DNA of 64,000 nucleotides from Thermodesulfobacteriota bacterium (GCA_034189385.1 JAXHVD010000003.1:142104-206103); one strand, 5' to 3'; shown: positions 46,874 through 56,235, counted from the stretch's first letter. Notes: generated by a model from the sequence alone, not told the origin. Numbers and translations: made by a program.

Positions 46874-48775
46874 TCATTCTATACAGATGGCGTTGAACTT
46901 ACAGGCATTGTAACAGATGCCGCACTTGATGCATTTCTCCTGGTCTATGTGATGGCATTTCTTCTTTTCACCGGTGATGGCCTCCTGCGGACATTTGAGT
47001 GCGCAGAGATGACAGCCGTTACACAGAGCTTCATCAACTTCGTAATGAAAAAGGGCCTTGCAGACACCTGCGGGGCACTTCTGATCCTTGATGTGGGCCT
47101 CGTACTCATCTCGGAAATAGAGGAGCGTCGTTAACACCGGATTGGGGGCTGTTTTGCCTAGTCCGCACAGGGAAAACCTCTTGATCATGGCAGCCAGCTC
47201 CTGAAGGAGTCTGATGTCGCCCTCCCGGCCCTTTCCCTCGCAGATATCACCCAGGATTTCTGCCATCTGGGTAATCCCTTCACGGCAGGGCGTGCATTGA
47301 CCACATGATTCGTTCTTGAGAAAATCCAGGAAGTATTTTGCAATGTTGACCATGCAGGTGTCCTGGTCCATGACGATCATACCGCCCGAGCCCATGATCG
47401 AGCCAAGCTCGCTGAGCTTCTGGTAGTCTACCGGGGTATCGAGGTACTGTTCAGGGATGCAGCCACCGGAAGGCCCCCCTGTCTGAACAGCCTTGAATGC
47501 CTTTTTCTTCGGAATGCCGCCGCCTATATCAAAGACGATCTCTCGCAAGGAAATGCCCATGGGGACTTCTACCAAGCCGGTATTTTTCACCTTCCCCACG
47601 AGGCTAAAGACCTTCGTCCCTTTGCTGTGCTCCGTGCCGATGTTGCCGTACCACTGGGCACCCTTTAAGAGGATCACCGGGACATTGGCATAGGTCTCAA
47701 CGTTATTCAGGTTGGTTGGTTTTTCCCTGAACCCTTTTTCCACAGTATGCACATATTTGGCCCTGGGTCTTCCCACTTGACCTTCCAACGAAGCCATCAA
47801 GGCCGTTGATTCACCACAAATAAAGGCCCCTGCCCCAGTGGAGATCTTGATGCGGAAACCAAAATCAGTCCCCCCTATATGGTCACCAAGCAACCCATAG
47901 GCCTCTGCCTGCTTGATGGCTGTGACCAGGCGCTTAACCGCCAACGGGTATTCATGCCGCACATAAATGAAGCCTTGATGGGAGCCAATGGCCCGTGCTG
48001 CAATCAACATCCCTTCCAGGACACTGTGGGGGTCGCCTTCCAGAATACTCCTATCCATGTAGGCGCCCGGGTCGCCTTCATCGGCATTGCAGATGATATA
48101 TCTCTCACCCTTCAGTCTTGCACAACTTTCCCATTTTATTCCTGTTGGAAAGCCAGCACCACCGCGACCCCTTAACCCCGATTCCTTGATGGTCTTAATA
48201 ATCTCAGGGGGGTCGCCTTCCAACAGGCATCGCATAAAGGCTAGGTACCCGCCTTTGGCGATGTACTCTTCGATGCTATCGGGGTCAATATAGCCACAAT
48301 TGCGCAAGGCGATTTTTGTCTGTTTACTGTAAAAGGGGACATCCTCCAAGAAGGGGATCCCCTCGATGGGTGCTGTCTCGGCAAGGGGGTTTTCCATGTC
48401 TTCTTCTAATAGGGAACGAGGATCGCGCATTTGGGCTAGGATCCACTTTTTATTGAAATCGCCTTGGATGTAGCCTTCAATGGCGTCTAGGATCTTCTCC
48501 TTGGAAAGGTGCCTGTAAACCACTCTCGGCCGCCCCTTTCCGAAGATTTCGACCAAGGGTTCTTCCTGACAGAAACCCAGACAACCGGTCTTGTGGATCT
48601 CAATGCCAGGGTCCTCTGGAAATGCCTCTAAGGCCTTTTCAAAGGAGGCCTTTGCACCGGCTGCGATGCCACAGGAGGCCATTCCTATGTTCACCGCGAT
48701 GCCTTCTGGGTGGTATAGCCTGTTGCTGTAGTCCTGCCTGATCTCTTCCAGGTCTTTAATAGACCCCACTTGCAT
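46874..48775 (-). CDS. NuoF/HoxF/HydB-like NAD(H)-binding FMN Fe-S flavoprotein with N-terminal thioredoxin-like domain and C-terminal 2x[4Fe-4S]
   Basis: Contains GLRGRGGAGFPTGIKW, ESCGQCTPCREG and the C-terminal motifs CNGCHLCALKCP / CIKCGICYNAC. ATG 48775 is preferred over the longer track ORF. Confidence 0.85.
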   Translation of the reverse strand: MQVGSIKDLEEIRQDYSNRLYHPEGIAVNIGMASCGIAAGAKASFEKALEAFPEDPGIEIHKTGCLGFCQEEPLVEIFGKGRPRVVYRHLSKEKILDAIEGYIQGDFNKKWILAQMRDPRSLLEEDMENPLAETAPIEGIPFLEDVPFYSKQTKIALRNCGYIDPDSIEEYIAKGGYLAFMRCLLEGDPPEIIKTIKESGLRGRGGAGFPTGIKWESCARLKGERYIICNADEGDPGAYMDRSILEGDPHSVLEGMLIAARAIGSHQGFIYVRHEYPLAVKRLVTAIKQAEAYGLLGDHIGGTDFGFRIKISTGAGAFICGESTALMASLEGQVGRPRAKYVHTVEKGFREKPTNLNNVETYANVPVILLKGAQWYGNIGTEHSKGTKVFSLVGKVKNTGLVEVPMGISLREIVFDIGGGIPKKKAFKAVQTGGPSGGCIPEQYLDTPVDYQKLSELGSIMGSGGMIVMDQDTCMVNIAKYFLDFLKNESCGQCTPCREGITQMAEILGDICEGKGREGDIRLLQELAAMIKRFSLCGLGKTAPNPVLTTLLYFRDEYEAHIKDQKCPAGVCKALFHYEVDEALCNGCHLCALKCPQEAITGEKKKCHHIDQEKCIKCGICYNACKFNAICIE

Positions 48776-48788
48776 CGCCTGAAACCCC

Positions 48789-49286
48789 TTAGTGATATTC
48801 ATCCAACACCTTTTGTATGTTTTCCTGGCTGACCCGGCTATAGACGTCTTCATTGATCTTGACGACTGGTCCAAGACTACAGCATCCAATGCAGCGCACA
48901 GGCTCGAGAGTGAAGCGCATATCTTCCGTTGTTTCTCTGGCGCCCACATGGAGAATCTCCTGGATCCTTTCCCACAGCCTTGCCCCGCCCCTTACATGGC
49001 AGGCCGTCCCCAGACAGACAGAGATGATGTTTCTGCCTTTGGGGACCAGACTGAAGCTGCTGTAGAACGTACCGACAGCATAGATGAGACTGATCGGCAC
49101 CCCTATCTTCTCAGAAAGATAGGTCAAAGATGCCTGGGGCAAGTGGTTATACTGACGCTGAATGGCCTGGAGAATCATGATAAGATTCTCTTTGTCGTCG
49201 TGGAATTCCTCATCTATGATCCGATCAAGTTCCATGTAATCGATCTCAACGGTTTGCTCCATCGTAGATAGCGCTATGTCAGTCAT
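48789..49286 (-). CDS. NuoE/HoxE-like 2Fe-2S thioredoxin-fold subunit
   Basis: Contains VCLGTACHVRGG...CIGCCSLGPVV. Confidence 0.9.
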   Translation of the reverse strand: MTDIALSTMEQTVEIDYMELDRIIDEEFHDDKENLIMILQAIQRQYNHLPQASLTYLSEKIGVPISLIYAVGTFYSSFSLVPKGRNIISVCLGTACHVRGGARLWERIQEILHVGARETTEDMRFTLEPVRCIGCCSLGPVVKINEDVYSRVSQENIQKVLDEYH

Positions 49287-49517
49287 ATAGGTGTCTCCCT
49301 CACAGGAAAAAGGTCTATTCCCTAGGTGTTGAGAATAATTAGAAATGGCGTACTCGAGGGTGGACTGCAGGTTATTGAAAACTCACCCCTGGCTCCATGG
49401 ATAACGAGCAACAGGAAGGCCTATTTGTTTTCCGTGCACTTCTCTTTCCAAGACTCCGATACGCCATACGCGACGTTTGCCCGTTGGCGAGTCCTTGTGG
49501 ACTCGCAACACCAAGAC

Positions 49518-49919
49518 TTATCCATCCATAACCGCTTGATTGGTCACCGGGCAGTTCTCCACACAAAGGCCGCACCCAATACAACGGCTCAAGTCGATAC
49601 TCCGGGCGCGCTTCTTCACCTTTACTCTGAAATTGCCAGCAGAGCCATCCACCGATTCGATGTCGGCATAGGTGATGATTTCGATATTCAGGTGGCGACC
49701 GCATTCCACCAACTTTGGCGACATGATACACATGGAACAGTCATTGGTGGGGTATGTCTTATCTAGTTGGGACATCTTGCCGCCAATGGCTGGCGTATCT
49801 TCAAGTAGATAGACATAAAAGCCAGCATCGGCGAGATCAAGGGCAGCTTGGATGCCACCGATGCCACCACCTACCACCAACACGGCACCGACTTTGTCTT
49901 CTTGTTGAGACGTTGCCAT
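49518..49919 (-). CDS. stand-alone HdrA N-terminal FAD/ferredoxin fragment (133 aa)
   Basis: Contains VLVVGGGIGGIQAALDLADAG, LDKTYPTNDCSMCIMSPK and CIGCGLCVENCP. It ends with TAA, not TGA, so no Sec read-through is expected. Confidence 0.7.
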   Translation of the reverse strand: MATSQQEDKVGAVLVVGGGIGGIQAALDLADAGFYVYLLEDTPAIGGKMSQLDKTYPTNDCSMCIMSPKLVECGRHLNIEIITYADIESVDGSAGNFRVKVKKRARSIDLSRCIGCGLCVENCPVTNQAVMDG

Positions 49920-50232
49920 CTACCCTCTCTTTGGGCCCTTGTTTCCTTGAACCATGGACATGTTGGCACACCATAGGGACAGGGTGCCTTGCCGGGCCCG
50001 ACGCCCTCGTTGTTTTTGGTATATGCTCATAACACCCCGTTAACCACTTTGCGCTCATCTTGTCAAGGGGTTTTTGTGACACGTGGCCCCACTTCAAGGG
50101 GGTTGCAGGGCCCTGTCCAGTGCAGGAATCGTTGAAACCAACAATAGAAGAAACCCCTTTTGTGATGGCTTGGCCCGACGCTTTCACGGGGCTTGAAGCG
50201 TCGTCACTTGCCAGGCGATGGGACGCAGCCTT

Positions 50233-51276
50233 TCACATGGGCTTGACGTGGGATAGTCTCTCGCTCATGTTCTGTTCATAGAACTGCGTGGGCTGAAGCT
50301 CTTCATACTCGTTCCTTGAGGCGAGGTATTTCCGTATATCCAGGCAGAGGTGACATTTGGAAACGTAACCTTTGCTTTTCTCTCCATAACCCCTTTCTAA
50401 GGCAAAAGAAAACAGCCCTCTCATGTCTTCATGGACCAAATAGTTCAAGACAGGGCGGTTTTCCAGATCGAGTCCCTCTCTGAGGAGGCGATCCAACTCA
50501 AACCAACTCCCTAAGGAGATCCCGCCGCAGTAGCCGGGCATGAGATTGCCGTAATTGTCAAAATGGTTGTGCCAGTTGCGCAGCATCGTTGGCTGGCAGG
50601 GCACGCGAAAGAACCCTTTGGCCCGGTAGCTGGGGTAAAGGTCCTTTAATTGATAGGCAGCGCGGCCCATTAGAAAAAGCTCCACCCTGTGGGACACCGA
50701 CTCCCCGCCGGTGAGGTTTTGATAGTCCTCAATGGAAAGCCTGCCCCTAATGCCCAGCTTTTTAAAAAGACGATAATACTCCAGCTGATAGACGATCACA
50801 TCGGCCCCAAAGACCTCCAGGCTGATTTGAATGCACCGGTCTGTTCTTTCAAAGGGGACATACTCGGCATAGTAAGGATTTACCGAGATCAAGATCCCCC
50901 TGAGCCCCTTTTCCTTGAGGGCCTGGAGCCGTTCCCGCGTCAGGTCGTCGCTCTTGCACCAGAAGCAGTTTGTTTCCACAAACGTGGACGGGATCTTCAA
51001 TGCTGCTGCAATCTCAACGGCCTTCAGCAACAGCTCAACATTTAAGAAAGGCTCTCCACCTGTGAAATGGAGCCCGTGGTTCAAGCTCATATGTCGCCGA
51101 CCCTGTGGGCTGGGTTTGATCACCTTGGCCAGCTGGGGAAGAGATTGTTCCAGCTGCTCCACCGTTATCCAATCGGGGGTCCATTTCGGCGAGCAGGCGT
51201 ACATGCAGTGGCGGCAGGAAGCAGGGCACTTGTAGGAAAGGATCAGGCCGCCGGAGATGGGAGGAGGTATTTTCAT
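50233..51276 (-). CDS. radical SAM protein of unknown function
   Basis: Contains LSYKCPASCRHCMY (CxxxCxxC), FTGGEPF, and a C-terminal CHLC. Confidence 0.8.
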   Translation of the reverse strand: MKIPPPISGGLILSYKCPASCRHCMYACSPKWTPDWITVEQLEQSLPQLAKVIKPSPQGRRHMSLNHGLHFTGGEPFLNVELLLKAVEIAAALKIPSTFVETNCFWCKSDDLTRERLQALKEKGLRGILISVNPYYAEYVPFERTDRCIQISLEVFGADVIVYQLEYYRLFKKLGIRGRLSIEDYQNLTGGESVSHRVELFLMGRAAYQLKDLYPSYRAKGFFRVPCQPTMLRNWHNHFDNYGNLMPGYCGGISLGSWFELDRLLREGLDLENRPVLNYLVHEDMRGLFSFALERGYGEKSKGYVSKCHLCLDIRKYLASRNEYEELQPTQFYEQNMSERLSHVKPM

Positions 51277-51279
51277 CCC

Positions 51280-51687
51280 TCAAAACGCTTTATAGATCCG
51301 CGCAAGGGGATGTCCCTGGGCCTGGATGGTCAGATCGTTGAAATAGCCGTAGGGTGTTTGAAAGGCTTGGTAGCCGGCAGTCTCCAAGCGTTGCTGGGCC
51401 CTGTCGAAAAGGGCTTTAGCGTCTTCGGGGCCGGCCTTATCGTCTCCCAGATGGGTAAAGGAGTGCAGGATAATGATCGTTGTCTCCCATTTTCTCGCAA
51501 GCCATTTCGCGTTCTTCACCAGTTTGGTTTCTGCAGCATTTTTGCCTTCCACATCTTTCGGCTCCACGTGAATGAATGCCACCACCGCTTTTTTTTGGAG
51601 ATCTGCTGCGGCATCTGGAGCGTCATCCAACGTTTTCATGGCCGGGTTCCATGCAAAGGTGTCGCAATACCAAAAGAGGACTCTCAT
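51280..51687 (-). CDS. free-standing homologue of the archaeal ThrRS N-terminal editing domain (DTD-like fold)
   Basis: Contains MRVLFWYCD..., AVVAFIHVEPKD, ILHSFTHLGD, and TPYGYFNDLTIQAQGHPLARIY. These compare with the Pyrococcus ThrRS-ED blocks MRVLLIHSD, VLVAFISVEK, PFAHLSS and PFGYYKAF..CKGHPLSE, which I am recalling from memory. Confidence 0.65.
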   Translation of the reverse strand: MRVLFWYCDTFAWNPAMKTLDDAPDAAADLQKKAVVAFIHVEPKDVEGKNAAETKLVKNAKWLARKWETTIIILHSFTHLGDDKAGPEDAKALFDRAQQRLETAGYQAFQTPYGYFNDLTIQAQGHPLARIYKAF

Positions 51688-51713
51688 CTCTTCTCCCTAC
51701 AGGCAGGCTTTTT

Positions 51714-52376
51714 CTATGGCAATGGCCTGCCGCAATGTCTGCACACTTCAGCCTCTTTCTCAATGACCTCCGCACAAAAGGGACACTCTCTGGTCTCGTT
51801 GATGTCGTGAATCCTATTGATTCCCTGGCGCACTTGGGCGACAATCCGCTCATCGTGAAATGTGAAGTCCAGCATCGGTTCGATGGCCTCGGCAAGGCCC
51901 AATTCTCCAATGAGGGCAGCGGCGCGCATGCGGACCTTATAGTAAAGGTCCCGGTCAAAGAGACTGGACAGGAGGCCCTTTAGATCGGCCGCCCCGAAAA
52001 GCTCCAGCAGCCGTTGAACGGCGGGATCATCGTCGGTGCCTCTCGCCTTATCCACCGCGATGTCGGCCTCATCGATGATGCCCCACTGGTTGGACGAATA
52101 GACGGCCCTGGCCGCTGTCCGGTCCGAATCTGGATAACAGATGCACCGGTAAGAACAGGGCCGGCCGTAAGTCTCTTGCATGTGGTCCCAGCCCTCTGCA
52201 TAGAGGGGGCATGCGTCGTTGCCGCAGATAAAGAGGTACGGAGACCCCCATCGGCCACCGTTTACGAAACCGGACTGCCCACAGGCCATAATCTTCATCT
52301 CTTGTCCGCAATAAGGACAGACCGGCCTGTCTGAAAAAATCATCTTCTCATAGACATCAGCTTTGGTAAGGACCAT
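51714..52376 (-). CDS. zinc-ribbon / HEAT-repeat / zinc-ribbon protein
   Basis: Contains CPYCGQEM...CGNDAC, the HEAT-like stretch VRMRAAALIGELGLAEAIEPML, and the C-terminal motif CPFCAEVIEKEAEVCRHCG. ATG 52376 follows GGAAGGAG. Confidence 0.6.
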   Translation of the reverse strand: MVLTKADVYEKMIFSDRPVCPYCGQEMKIMACGQSGFVNGGRWGSPYLFICGNDACPLYAEGWDHMQETYGRPCSYRCICYPDSDRTAARAVYSSNQWGIIDEADIAVDKARGTDDDPAVQRLLELFGAADLKGLLSSLFDRDLYYKVRMRAAALIGELGLAEAIEPMLDFTFHDERIVAQVRQGINRIHDINETRECPFCAEVIEKEAEVCRHCGRPLP

Positions 52377-52517
52377 TAGTATGACACTCCTTCCTCTCTT
52401 TCCACACGATGACATCTCGTTGAGCAGTTGACGACAGCCCACATGCATGGCCACTCTTTGAGCCCGAAAGGGGCCTATGCACAGCCTGGAGCAGAACTGA
52501 GACATGTGCCTGTCCCA

Positions 52518-53336
52518 TCACCTCACCGTGGCGGTGGCTGTGTCATCAAAAGGATTTGTTCTCATGGCAAGCGAAAAGAGATAGGGATAATTCTCTTTCA
52601 GGTATTTCATGTAGTCTAACCAATGCCGGACTAAAAGCGCGTAAACCCTTCTCACATCTCCGGCCAGATGGGCGACGTCACTGCTGAGCAAATGGGCAAG
52701 ATCTTCTCTGTGCATCAACTCGTCTTTTAAGTGGAAAATGGCCCGGAGGAGTTTTGTAAAGGACTCACTTTCGAGCAGGACCGGATTTTCCAAGAGCCTC
52801 AGCAAGAGGTCCTTTTGTCTACCCAGGAAGTTCCGCAATCTTTCAAGATCAAGCTTTTCCGGGTCAATACTGTAATCATAATGAGTGAGACGTTGGCTTG
52901 CGGCCGAAAAATCTTTCTCTGACCAGTTTCCAGACACGACTAACGCCGCCTTGGTCGTGTCCGGATTACGATCACACCTTGAGAAGTCCGCCAAGAGTCT
53001 ATTGCCGATTTCACTGAAGAATAGCCCTGAAACCATGTTCAGCTTTTGATCCCTGAGTGTCTGCTCCCGCCTGTTGAGCATGATCTCAGTCGCACTGGCG
53101 ATGACCCCCAGGAAGGTCCCCACCCCTGCCACAATCAACACGATGGCAAGTCCCTTGCCGACCGGTGTTGCAGGATGGATGTCGCCGTAGCCCACCGTCG
53201 CTACAGTGACAAGGCTGAAATAGAGGGCGTCTCCGGGTGACAATCCCTCTGTCAGCGAAAAGCCCACAGTGCCTAACGCCAGCACTGCCACCGTGAGAAG
53301 GAGAAAAACGCGAAGTCGGAATGACGCTTGGCCCAT
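52518..53336 (-). CDS. two-TM potassium channel with cytoplasmic C-terminal domain
   Basis: The selectivity filter is LVTVATVGYGDIHP. Confidence 0.85.
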   Translation of the reverse strand: MGQASFRLRVFLLLTVAVLALGTVGFSLTEGLSPGDALYFSLVTVATVGYGDIHPATPVGKGLAIVLIVAGVGTFLGVIASATEIMLNRREQTLRDQKLNMVSGLFFSEIGNRLLADFSRCDRNPDTTKAALVVSGNWSEKDFSAASQRLTHYDYSIDPEKLDLERLRNFLGRQKDLLLRLLENPVLLESESFTKLLRAIFHLKDELMHREDLAHLLSSDVAHLAGDVRRVYALLVRHWLDYMKYLKENYPYLFSLAMRTNPFDDTATATVR

Positions 53337-53380
53337 CAACACCTCACCTCTTTCAAGGAGCAGCACCTCAGCAGATGCCG

Positions 53381-54097
53381 TTAGCCTCCAAAGACCCTTT
53401 TCAGAAGATCCGTCACCCTGTCTGCCGGGTTTGCTCTAATCTTCTTCTCTTCCTGTCCCAGCATGTAAAAAAGGCCGTGCAGGGCCTTATCGGTCACGTA
53501 GTGGTCGAGGTCCAGCGATTCTGATTTCATGAAGGGCAATGATGTATACTGATGCATCATCTCTTTATAGGAGCGGGTGACACCCACGTCGTTCATGGTT
53601 GATGACACTATGGGTTTAAATGTCTCATATATCGCGCCAGATGTCTTTGCCTTGAAATAGTCGGTGGCGGCAGTAGCACCGCCATCCAGAATACCCCTGG
53701 CATCTGCCAGCGTCATCTCCTTGATGGCAGAGCCAAAGATAGATGCCGCCTCAGGAGCGGCCATCTCCGCTGCTCGGTTCATGCTCGCGACAAAGTTCTC
53801 AACCTGCTGTTCATATCCCACCTTTCCAAGGATATCGGCCACTTTCTCTATCTTCTCCGGCATGAGTATCTTAATGGCCTCGTTGCCAAGGTAGCCGTCC
53901 ACTTGAGAGACGGACCTCACGGCCTTTTCCGTCCCAATGGAAAGGGCTTCTTTAAGGCCCGATACGATCGTATCCTCATCTAGGGGCTGATTTGCAGACA
54001 GGCCCACCTGTTCCTTAATGGTGTCAAAAAGCCCTGCATCGGCACCGGTACAAAGGGATACCAATAACACCATCACCAAAAAGGATACGCTTCTCAT
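53381..54097 (-). CDS. DUF4197 exported protein
   Basis: Has a signal peptide and SGLKEALSIGTEKAV...GYLGNEAIKILMPE. Confidence 0.75.
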   Translation of the reverse strand: MRSVSFLVMVLLVSLCTGADAGLFDTIKEQVGLSANQPLDEDTIVSGLKEALSIGTEKAVRSVSQVDGYLGNEAIKILMPEKIEKVADILGKVGYEQQVENFVASMNRAAEMAAPEAASIFGSAIKEMTLADARGILDGGATAATDYFKAKTSGAIYETFKPIVSSTMNDVGVTRSYKEMMHQYTSLPFMKSESLDLDHYVTDKALHGLFYMLGQEEKKIRANPADRVTDLLKRVFGG

Positions 54098-54313
54098 GTT
54101 AGCCTCCTTCCAAGCTAAGGTTCTTCCCTTGGACGGGACATGGCTCCTTTCAAGGGGCTACGCGGAACCGGTGGTGCTCATCCCTTCAGCAACCCTAGGA
54201 TTTATCAAAAAATGGTTCAAAACAAGAAAAAAGAGACGAGGACAACAGCCCCTTTGCAGGCGCCCATGCCTGTTCCCCTTAGTAGCCAATGGACTGCCAG
54301 GGGTTCCCGGCAC

Positions 54314-54625
54314 CTAGATGACTTTTCGCCCCAGGTGCGTCTTTTCATCTTCGACGCATCTTTCCAGCACATAGAGTCTGATCTTTCGACTTCTAGGAAA
54401 CTCCTTTTTTATAAGTCGCTTCAACAGTTTTTTAAGCTTTTCTGGCCTTACCCGAAAACGCTCCTTGAAAAAGCCGTTTTCAATGACCAGCAGATCGTCT
54501 TCGCCCAGTTTGGCGATCATGACGGACCTGTTGCGTTTGTAAGTCCGCAGGTCCAGGCAGTGGGAAACGGGCAACCTCTTTAGCCGTTCGCACACCGTGT
54601 CCATGATGGTTGTCTTATCAATCAT
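54314..54625 (-). CDS. hypothetical basic 103-aa protein
   Basis: A clean ORF: MIDKTTIMDTVCERLKRLPVSHCLDLRTYKRNRSVMIAKLGEDDLLVIENGFFKERF... I recognise no family. Confidence 0.45.
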   Translation of the reverse strand: MIDKTTIMDTVCERLKRLPVSHCLDLRTYKRNRSVMIAKLGEDDLLVIENGFFKERFRVRPEKLKKLLKRLIKKEFPRSRKIRLYVLERCVEDEKTHLGRKVI

Positions 54626-55047
54626 GGCACCTGAACACCCCGCTTACGGGATACATCCAAAACGATGCGGCTGATCTTTTCAGGATCTTTCTTAAAGCCC
54701 ATCCCCTCTCCATATGGTGATCATACATGAACATCTTTCCCACTTAGTCAACGAAAAACCTCCACAAAGAAACCTGGCGTTCCATGAAAGCCGCCCTCAT
54801 GCTTCAATATTAATAAACATTTATCCCTAGAATGCCCTAAAGCGCCTGTCACCCACCTAGCAAGTTCGGCAAAGCCCCCAGGGCCAGATCTAGGCTTATG
54901 ACAGGTGGTTGATCCGCTATGGAGACAAGACCCCCACAAGCAGGGTTCTCTTTCCACCATCATGGTCAAGGTAGCCAAAAAGAGCCTTTTATATTACCAT
55001 CACGTGAGACCTGATCCCATGATCCGCCTGCAGACAGGGTGGGCCAC

Positions 55048-55977
55048 ATGACCAAAGAAAAAGGAATCGCCTGGCTAAGAATCATGAGGTTGCAGTTTTA
55101 CCCCATGACCTTTATCGCCTACAGCCTTGGAGCGGCTCTGGCGGCCGGCAACGGCCTGCATTTTCGTGCTGATCTTTACGTGTTGGGCTATGGATATCTC
55201 TTCCTGCTCGAGTTGTGTACGATCCTTACCAACGAACTATACGACCTTCCAACAGATCGAATCAACCGCAACGCCAGTCCCTTTAATGGCGGTTCCAGGG
55301 TCTTGGTGGAAGAGAAGCTTGCCCCCAAAGAGGTGAGGACGGCCTTGGGTCTGCTCTTCTGTCTCCTTGTTGCTTGTGGCCTTCTTCTTCTCCTTTCATG
55401 CCCCCTGTCTTCAAGAGCCGCTGCTACGGTCCTCTTGATAGCAGGCATCTTCTTAGGATTAGGATACACCATGCCACCCCTCCAGTTTTGCTACAAAGGG
55501 GTGGGCGAATTGGTCGTTGCTCTCACACACAGTCCCTACGTCATTGTCTGCGGTTTTGTATTGCAGTCCGGCTCCTGGGCCAACCCCACGCCTTGGATCC
55601 TGAGCCTTCCACTCTCCCTTGCCGTACTGGCCGCCATCACCCTGGCAGGGATTCCAGACCATCAGGCCGACAAGAAGGCCTTGAAGTATACATTGTCTGT
55701 GGTTTTTGGAGAGCAGGCCGCCTGCCTTCTGGCCATCATCTTTGCCACCCTTGCCGTCGGAGCAGGCACGCTCCTGTGGCATCTTCAGATGCTGGGACGT
55801 TTAGGGGGCCTGCTGGTGTTCGTGGCGACCCCTCACTGGATGATTCTTGTCATCGCCACGTCCGTGTTCATGAAATCAGGAGAATATGACAGGAGAATAG
55901 ACGGAATCATGGGGATCGCGCTTTCCTATATCCTCTGGTTCGGCATTATTCCGTTAGTAGCCTCTCTGAGAAGCTAG
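55048..55977 (+). CDS. UbiA-family prenyltransferase
   Basis: Polytopic, with the motif NELYDLPTDRIN. The start is ATG 55048 or GTG 55039. Confidence 0.8.
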   Translation: MTKEKGIAWLRIMRLQFYPMTFIAYSLGAALAAGNGLHFRADLYVLGYGYLFLLELCTILTNELYDLPTDRINRNASPFNGGSRVLVEEKLAPKEVRTALGLLFCLLVACGLLLLLSCPLSSRAAATVLLIAGIFLGLGYTMPPLQFCYKGVGELVVALTHSPYVIVCGFVLQSGSWANPTPWILSLPLSLAVLAAITLAGIPDHQADKKALKYTLSVVFGEQAACLLAIIFATLAVGAGTLLWHLQMLGRLGGLLVFVATPHWMILVIATSVFMKSGEYDRRIDGIMGIALSYILWFGIIPLVASLRS

Positions 55978-56047
55978 GCCGCCTGTGGCCCATTGTGCTA
56001 TTACTTACACGACCTCCTGCCACCTGGATGCACGATCCTATCCAAAA

Positions 56048-56088
56048 AATACTGTCCAATTCTTTTGAAAATACAGCCATAACCCCAT
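56048..56088 (+). promoter_or_regulatory. site C of the 41-bp bipartite motif
   Basis: AATACT-gtccaattcttttga-AAATACAG-ccata-ACCCCAT, 148 nt upstream of the USP start. Confidence 0.5.
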
Positions 56089-56235
56089 ATACGAACCCCA
56101 TTTTCCTGCCTATATTCTGGACAAATGATGGGATCTGAAGACCCCGGCGCCACTGCCGTGGGAACAAGCCGATACAACGGGACCTGAGGGATTGATCGGC
56201 AAAAGGATCGTGTATCCCATCGAAGGGGGTGAAAA

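Noticed and set aside
49518-49520. Possible Sec read-through at the end of the HdrA N-terminal fragment.
   Set aside because: The stop codon is TAA, not TGA, and the downstream 230 nt have no coding continuity in frame.
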